Assembly: GCA_964230645.1 (NCBI GenBank)
Contig: CAXRHT010000003.1
Coordinates: 416,001 to 480,000 of the forward strand
DNA length: 64,000 nucleotides
Direction of reading: 5' to 3'
From: Bdellovibrionales bacterium
GTDB taxonomy: Bacteria; Bdellovibrionota; Bdellovibrionia; Bdellovibrionales; JAGQZY01
The notes beneath the pieces were generated by a model. It saw nothing but the letters and a program-made list of their open reading frames with translations. It made no database searches and had not been told where the DNA came from. Each line of letters begins with the position of its first letter. Within the stretch, counting starts at the first letter, position 1. Positions 59,093 to 64,000 of this stretch are shown here, one piece after another. A program made the translations under genes and the position numbers.

Positions 59093-59926
59093 ATGGCACT
59101 AAGGATTGCAACTAATATACCGTCGATCGCGGCACAAAACTCGCTCAACGGGACACAAAGAAGTCAGAACAAGGCGATGGCTCAATTATCGTCAGGTTCA
59201 AGAATCACCAAAGCAGCAGACGATGCCGCTGGGCTTTCAATCTCTGAAGGATTAAAGTCTGATATTCGCTCGCTCAAACAAGCGGGCCGAAACGCAGAAG
59301 ATGGAATCTCTTTTGTACAAGTGGCTGAGGGTGGACTCTCAGAGGTAGGAAACATCCTAACTCGTTTTAGAGAGCTTTCTATCCAAGCTGCTTCGGACAC
59401 TATTGGTGATCAAGAAAGAGGATTCATTCAAAAAGAAGTCGAACAGCTACAGTCAGAGATTGATCGTATTGCTGAGTCCACGAAGTTTGGATCGAAACAA
59501 CTACTTAACGGATCTGGGGACACTTTCGATTTTCAAGTGGGAATTGATTCTGACCCTGAATCAAATGCTATTCAGTTTGATAGCTCCCAAACAGATGTCA
59601 CCACAGGAAGTCTTGGGGTGAGCGGTTTGGATATGTCAGACAAAGGCAGTGCACAAGCGGCTATTGAGGACATTGATAATGCTCTCAATCAGGTGAACGG
59701 CTACCGAGCTAACCTTGGAGCTCTTCAAAACCGACTTACGGTGACCACTGAAAACATTGCGACCTCTGTTGAGAACAACTCTGCAGCAAATTCGCGAATT
59801 GCTGATGCCGATTTGGCTGAAGCCAGTGCGGAAATGACAAAAAGTAATATTTTATTAAATGCGACGACCTCTGTGCTTGGACAAGCCAATGCCAACCCAC
59901 AGCAGGCGTTAAGATTAATTGGATAA
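59093..59926 (+). CDS. fliC: Flagellin (paralogue 4)
   Basis: Conserved flagellin motifs; weaker sigma28-like TTTA-N15-GCCGAAAG at 58906-58932. Confidence 0.97.
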   Translation: MALRIATNIPSIAAQNSLNGTQRSQNKAMAQLSSGSRITKAADDAAGLSISEGLKSDIRSLKQAGRNAEDGISFVQVAEGGLSEVGNILTRFRELSIQAASDTIGDQERGFIQKEVEQLQSEIDRIAESTKFGSKQLLNGSGDTFDFQVGIDSDPESNAIQFDSSQTDVTTGSLGVSGLDMSDKGSAQAAIEDIDNALNQVNGYRANLGALQNRLTVTTENIATSVENNSAANSRIADADLAEASAEMTKSNILLNATTSVLGQANANPQQALRLIG

Positions 59927-59946
59927 ACGTGCCATTCTTCCAACTT

Positions 59947-59974
59947 AACGGGAGGGGAAACCCTCTCGTTTTTT
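59947..59974 (+). terminator. Rho-independent terminator
   Basis: ACGGGAGGG-GAAA-CCCTCTCGT followed by a T-run. Confidence 0.8.
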
Positions 59975-59989
59975 GAGGAAGGTGTGTTT

Positions 59990-60016
59990 TAAAGTATTAT
60001 TTTTAGATTCCGATAA
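59990..60016 (+). promoter_or_regulatory. Sigma28 promoter of flaG
   Basis: TAAA-N15-TCCGATAA. Confidence 0.8.
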
Positions 60017-60024
60017 GTACATTG

Positions 60025-60393
60025 ATGAATATTCGGTCAGTATCAAACCCAGCCGTTGTGCCGGGTAAAGAAAATATCGAGTCTTCCAAAGGTATCAAAT
60101 CGGGAGAGACGGACGAACGAGAAGGCAATGGTCAGCAGCCCTACGGGGATGGTGAGTCTTATCGTGAGTTAACCGAAGAGGAAACCGAGCAGATTCTTGA
60201 AAAGCTTAAGAGCCATGATGGGATTCAAAAACACGGATTGATTGTAAAACTCAGTCAAGAGAACGATCAAAAAGTGGTAAAGATTGAAACCCCCGATGGC
60301 AAAGTGGTAAAAAGAATCATTGAGCGGGACCTATATTTTTTCTTATTTCAGGAGAGCGAGGACGATATACACCTCGTGAATAAGACGGCTTAA
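60025..60393 (+). CDS. flaG: FlaG-like flagellar protein
   Basis: VVKIETPDGKVVKRI motif; lies between flagellin and fliD. Confidence 0.6.
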   Translation: MNIRSVSNPAVVPGKENIESSKGIKSGETDEREGNGQQPYGDGESYRELTEEETEQILEKLKSHDGIQKHGLIVKLSQENDQKVVKIETPDGKVVKRIIERDLYFFLFQESEDDIHLVNKTA

Positions 60394-60408
60394 AACTATA
60401 GTCCGATC

Positions 60409-61140
60409 TTAAAAACTGTATCCAATATCAAGAACGGCATAGTTAAACCACGAAAAGGTGAAAACCTCATCATTATCCGCTCCACCTTCAAGTACGCGGT
60501 AGCCAAGACTTCCTATCCATTGCTCATTAAAATTGTGACGAATTTTTAAGGCCACATCAAAAGCCCTTCCCGGTCCACCAGCAAGACCATCCATTTGAAA
60601 ATTAAAAAGCCAATCCTCGGCGAGCTTTTTTTGATACTCAAAATAAATTAAGGGAACAAAGCCCAAGTTGGTATAACTTTCCACTTGATTGCCCTGGCGT
60701 ACTTGGATTTTTGCCTCACGAATTTTTGCCGTGATCCCAAGATTCAGTCGATCTTCTCCATGCCCCCAAAAAGCGTAGAAATAGGTGCCTCGATAAGAGT
60801 TAAAGGTGTAATCGAACTCATAACCCGAGGGGCCACCGTTAAATTGGGTGCCGTTAAAAAGAATGGGGGACTGGTTATCACTATTAAGAGTCACGGAGAA
60901 AGGAGCCCATAAAAGCCTAAAGCCATGATTTTTAGAGGGAAGATAAAAAACTTCACTTCTGTAGTGGAAAAAAGGACCCTCATCAAACCGATCCAATTCC
61001 ACACGTGTAGCCGGAGCCTCGGGGGGAATTTGAAAATCATTACGATTTTGCCAAATAGCCCCCGATTCTACGTAAAGATCGAAGTTTGCATAAAGCGTTG
61101 GGGAAGAAAATAATAAGCTTAAAAAGAAGAGAAGTTTCAT
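60409..61140 (-). CDS. Outer-membrane beta-barrel protein
   Basis: Signal peptide from ATG 61140, aromatic-rich strands, C-terminal IGYSF. Confidence 0.78.
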   Translation of the reverse strand: MKLLFFLSLLFSSPTLYANFDLYVESGAIWQNRNDFQIPPEAPATRVELDRFDEGPFFHYRSEVFYLPSKNHGFRLLWAPFSVTLNSDNQSPILFNGTQFNGGPSGYEFDYTFNSYRGTYFYAFWGHGEDRLNLGITAKIREAKIQVRQGNQVESYTNLGFVPLIYFEYQKKLAEDWLFNFQMDGLAGGPGRAFDVALKIRHNFNEQWIGSLGYRVLEGGADNDEVFTFSWFNYAVLDIGYSF

Positions 61141-61417
61141 AAAGCATGGATTAGCAGGGAAAAAAGGCTGAGGCAATCTCAATAAGAATCTTCCAATCCG
61201 CGCAAAGACCTAGTGGTAGAGCCCTTCTAGGGCTTAAGATCCTAGACTCTCTTAAGGTAGAGGATTTTTTGTTCGTCAATGCTTTGGCACCCACAAAACC
61301 ACTCAAGTAAAATAAGTACCTTGCACAGTCTTCTTTAGCTTTCGTCTATGACATATTAATGACTCACAGAAATCCCCGCAAATGGTGCATAATAAAGGAA
61401 AGCATCAAGGAGGATCT

Positions 61418-62803
61418 TTGCCACCTATTCGTTTTGGAGGATTAGCATCGGGGTTACCCCCCAATATCGTTGAGCAGATTATGGCCAGCGAACGCTTACC
61501 TATTCAAAATATGGAATCCAAGAAAGAAAACATCAACGCAAAAATGCAGTTGGTGGGTGATCTTGAATCAAGGCTTCGTAAAGTGGGGGATTCCCTCAAA
61601 GAAGTTATTGGTGTGGGAGGCTTTAAAGATTACTCTTTAGATCTTTCAAGAGAAGGGGTTATTAAGGGAACTGTTGATCCAAAAACCGCTCAAAAAGGTT
61701 CTTGGTCCCTTGAAGTTTTAAAGCTTCCGAAAAGCTCGGGGAGAATGACCAATGGATTTCCTGATGCCAACAAAACACAGGTCGGTGTTGGTTACCTAAC
61801 TTTTGAAACTCCCGAAGGGGAGCATGAGATTTATATCAACGACACCAATAATACATTACAGGGTGTGGCTCGAGCGGTGAATGACGCCGGCATCGGTATT
61901 CAGGCAAATGTAGTAAAAGATGCTGATGATTCCGATTATCCACATAAATTAATCTTTAGCAGTCAGGAGTATGGAAGTGATAACGATATTGTTTTTCCAA
62001 CTGTCTACCTTCTTGATGGGGACCATGATCTTTATTTCGACAAAGAACGAAAAGCAGAAAATGGTAAAATCAAGCTCAACGGTTTCGAAGTAGAAGTCGA
62101 CGCCAAAGAACTCAATGACATAGTCCCTGGGGTCAATCTTGACCTTATGAGTGCAGAGCCTGGAAAAGAAGTGACTGTCACTGTTAACGAGGACTATGAG
62201 ACCATTAAAGGTAAAATGAGCGAGTTCGTAAATTCTATGAATAGCGTTCTGGGATTTATCCAGTCTCAAAACCGTATGGATGAAAACACCGACACTTCAA
62301 AAACATTGGGTGGGGACTCAATGCTAAGAAGTGTGGAGATGAGAGTACGCTCACTTTTACAATCAGGATCTTACTCAACTGGGAATCAAATCTCACGACT
62401 CTCGCAATTGGGAGTCGAGTACAACAGAAACGGAACCCTTGATTTTGATGAGGCGAAATTTAATCAAGCCGTAGAGACTCGTCCCAAAGAAGTGGTGCGT
62501 TTTTTACAAGGTGATGGTGGACCAAGCTCAGGTTTTATCAACCGAGTAAAAGAGTTCGTGCAGACGAGTGTGAACGGAGCCTTTGGGGTTATAGGTAATA
62601 GAAAACGTGGTTTAGAAAACCGGGTCAGAAGAATAGATCAAAGAATTGAGAATAAAGAGCGATTACTCGCACAGAAAGAAACGAATTTGCGTAGAAAGTT
62701 TTCTCGTCTGGAAGAAACAATGGGACGTTTGCAAGCTCAACAGGGTGCAGTCTCAGCGATCGGCGGCGGAGGCGGAGCACCAGCAGGACTACCATTGGGA
62801 TAA
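61418..62803 (+). CDS. fliD: Flagellar filament cap protein
   Basis: FGGLASGL..IVEQIM..ER, PGVNLDL, LGGDS, LSQLGV, F..LE..M..LQAQ; probable TTG start after AGGAGG. Confidence 0.93.
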   Translation: MPPIRFGGLASGLPPNIVEQIMASERLPIQNMESKKENINAKMQLVGDLESRLRKVGDSLKEVIGVGGFKDYSLDLSREGVIKGTVDPKTAQKGSWSLEVLKLPKSSGRMTNGFPDANKTQVGVGYLTFETPEGEHEIYINDTNNTLQGVARAVNDAGIGIQANVVKDADDSDYPHKLIFSSQEYGSDNDIVFPTVYLLDGDHDLYFDKERKAENGKIKLNGFEVEVDAKELNDIVPGVNLDLMSAEPGKEVTVTVNEDYETIKGKMSEFVNSMNSVLGFIQSQNRMDENTDTSKTLGGDSMLRSVEMRVRSLLQSGSYSTGNQISRLSQLGVEYNRNGTLDFDEAKFNQAVETRPKEVVRFLQGDGGPSSGFINRVKEFVQTSVNGAFGVIGNRKRGLENRVRRIDQRIENKERLLAQKETNLRRKFSRLEETMGRLQAQQGAVSAIGGGGGAPAGLPLG

Positions 62804-62817
62804 GCGGAGGCTAAGTA

Positions 62818-63204
62818 GTGGGTTATAACAAGTACAAGCAGACAGCAGTAGAGAGTGCAAGCCAAGAGAAGCTTTTGTTGATGCTCTATGAGGGAGCGAT
62901 AAAGTTTACCAAAAGAGCGATCATCGCTGCCGACAATAAAAAAGTGGCCGAGAGATGTGAGAACATCACCAAAGCCTACGACATCGTTTTAGAGCTAATG
63001 AACACCCTTGATTTTGAAGTGGGTGGGGAAGTGGCCGTTAATCTTGAGCAACTTTATATGTTCATCACCGATGAACTCTCTCGAGCGAATCTAACCGGAA
63101 AAACCGAGCATCTAAGAAATGTTCTTAAAATTTTAGAAACACTATATGAGGGCTGGAAAGAAGCCGTCGAACTTTTAAAGAAAAAAGAAGCAAAGGGCGC
63201 ATAA
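62818..63204 (+). CDS. fliS: Flagellin chaperone
   Basis: ASQEKLLLMLYEGAIKF, LDFEVGGEVAVNLEQLY, EGW. Confidence 0.95.
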   Translation: MGYNKYKQTAVESASQEKLLLMLYEGAIKFTKRAIIAADNKKVAERCENITKAYDIVLELMNTLDFEVGGEVAVNLEQLYMFITDELSRANLTGKTEHLRNVLKILETLYEGWKEAVELLKKKEAKGA

Positions 63205-63217
63205 GGGGGGCAACATC

Positions 63218-63610
63218 ATGAGTAAAGTATTAGATCTTTTAAAGGAAAAAAACTTCTATTTAGAGCGTTTTCTAGAGGAATCTCAAAAAGAAAGAACACG
63301 CTTTAAAGCCAGACGTTTTGGTAACTTAGATTCTCTCTACAATAAAAGAGAGCAGATTCTACTAAACATCCAAAGTATTGATCGCCGAATCAACACCATC
63401 TGCGAAGAAGAGGGCGAAGATCTTTTAAAGGCTCCAAAGAAAGACGAAATGAACAAGCTTTTAAACACCATTAAAACCAACGTTCAGTCGATCATGGAAG
63501 AGGACCTTGAAATCATTTCGTTTATAGAAAATGAAAAAACTAAGATCATTCAAGAAATTGGAAAAACCAAAGAAGGCCGCAAAGTCCTAAAAGGCTATAA
63601 AGCCCTCTAA
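63218..63610 (+). CDS. FliT/FlgN-like flagellar chaperone
   Basis: Helical protein after fliS; KREQIL..I..ID and C-terminal LKGY. Confidence 0.6.
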   Translation: MSKVLDLLKEKNFYLERFLEESQKERTRFKARRFGNLDSLYNKREQILLNIQSIDRRINTICEEEGEDLLKAPKKDEMNKLLNTIKTNVQSIMEEDLEIISFIENEKTKIIQEIGKTKEGRKVLKGYKAL

Positions 63611-63929
63611 AAGGTACCCGGTTCTTTTTTCGTAAGCACAATGTCAAAATTCCAAGAAAGTCACCTGGTACAACAGTGTTACCAGGTTTCTTTTTCATAT
63701 ATTTGCAGTCAAAGTCCCATAGGTCACTTCGACAACTTTTAAGGGCCAAGTTCAATTCAAATTTATTTTAAGTGAGACATGTGAATTTCGATCCCTAATG
63801 ACATAGCTCAATCTTATTTATCCGAAAAATAAACCAAATATACTGATTCTCCATTCCCCAGTGTTTTTCATCTGAGCTCTTTTAGAGGGTTTCAACGCTG
63901 AGCATCCGAAAAAAGAACCTGGTACTTTT
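63610..63929. repeat. Non-coding segment bounded by 28-bp imperfect inverted repeats (MITE/REPIN-like)
   Basis: AAAGGTACCCGGTTCTTTTTTCGTAAGC (63610-63637) versus the reverse complement of 63902-63929: 24/28 matches. Confidence 0.6.
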
Positions 63930-64000
63930 CTGTGGTGGTATCTATTAGTAGGGGTAATACATCCGGGGGGATATATGGGATCTAAGAAGGTTTTTCTTTT

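Noticed and set aside
45991..59926. Four flagellins as a phase-variation or gene-conversion cassette system
   Set aside because: All are intact and diverged with their own RBS, no invertase or recombination sites are visible, and multiple flagellins are already known in Bdellovibrio.

Overview
Chromosomal segment (about 42% GC by eye) that most likely comes from a Bdellovibrionota predator. That call is an inference from four short flagellin paralogues, FQNC/ISNC-type lipoboxes and many Cys-rich secreted proteins. Core genes: a Psp-like operon; menaquinone genes (menFDHACE, divergent from a DAHP synthase plus menG); a shikimate operon aroB-aroA-[aroK-aroD-aroE fusion]-aroC; lexA, pckA, ung, tsaA, rnr, an ABC1 kinase, thyA-folA; a TPP riboswitch in front of a TonB-dependent receptor; four flagellins and flaG/fliD/fliS with sigma28 promoters; several secreted proteases. 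Most notable observations: (1) a lipoprotein with a Pro/Cys-rich stalk, a (GGGD)n linker and an FrpC-type Asp-Pro self-processing module, a candidate covalent tether; (2) two distant secreted paralogues sharing a ~10-Cys domain behind an internal AYAQ site but with different C-terminal domains; (3) shikimate genes in the domain order of eukaryotic AROM; (4) composite TGTC/CGTC-type palindromic elements with decaying tandem tails, two of which bracket a two-gene cassette; (5) a MenT1-like nucleotidyltransferase with an uncalled 34-aa partner between two flagellins. No rRNA, tRNA, CRISPR array or transposase was recognised. All family calls come from motif recognition by eye, not from database searches.
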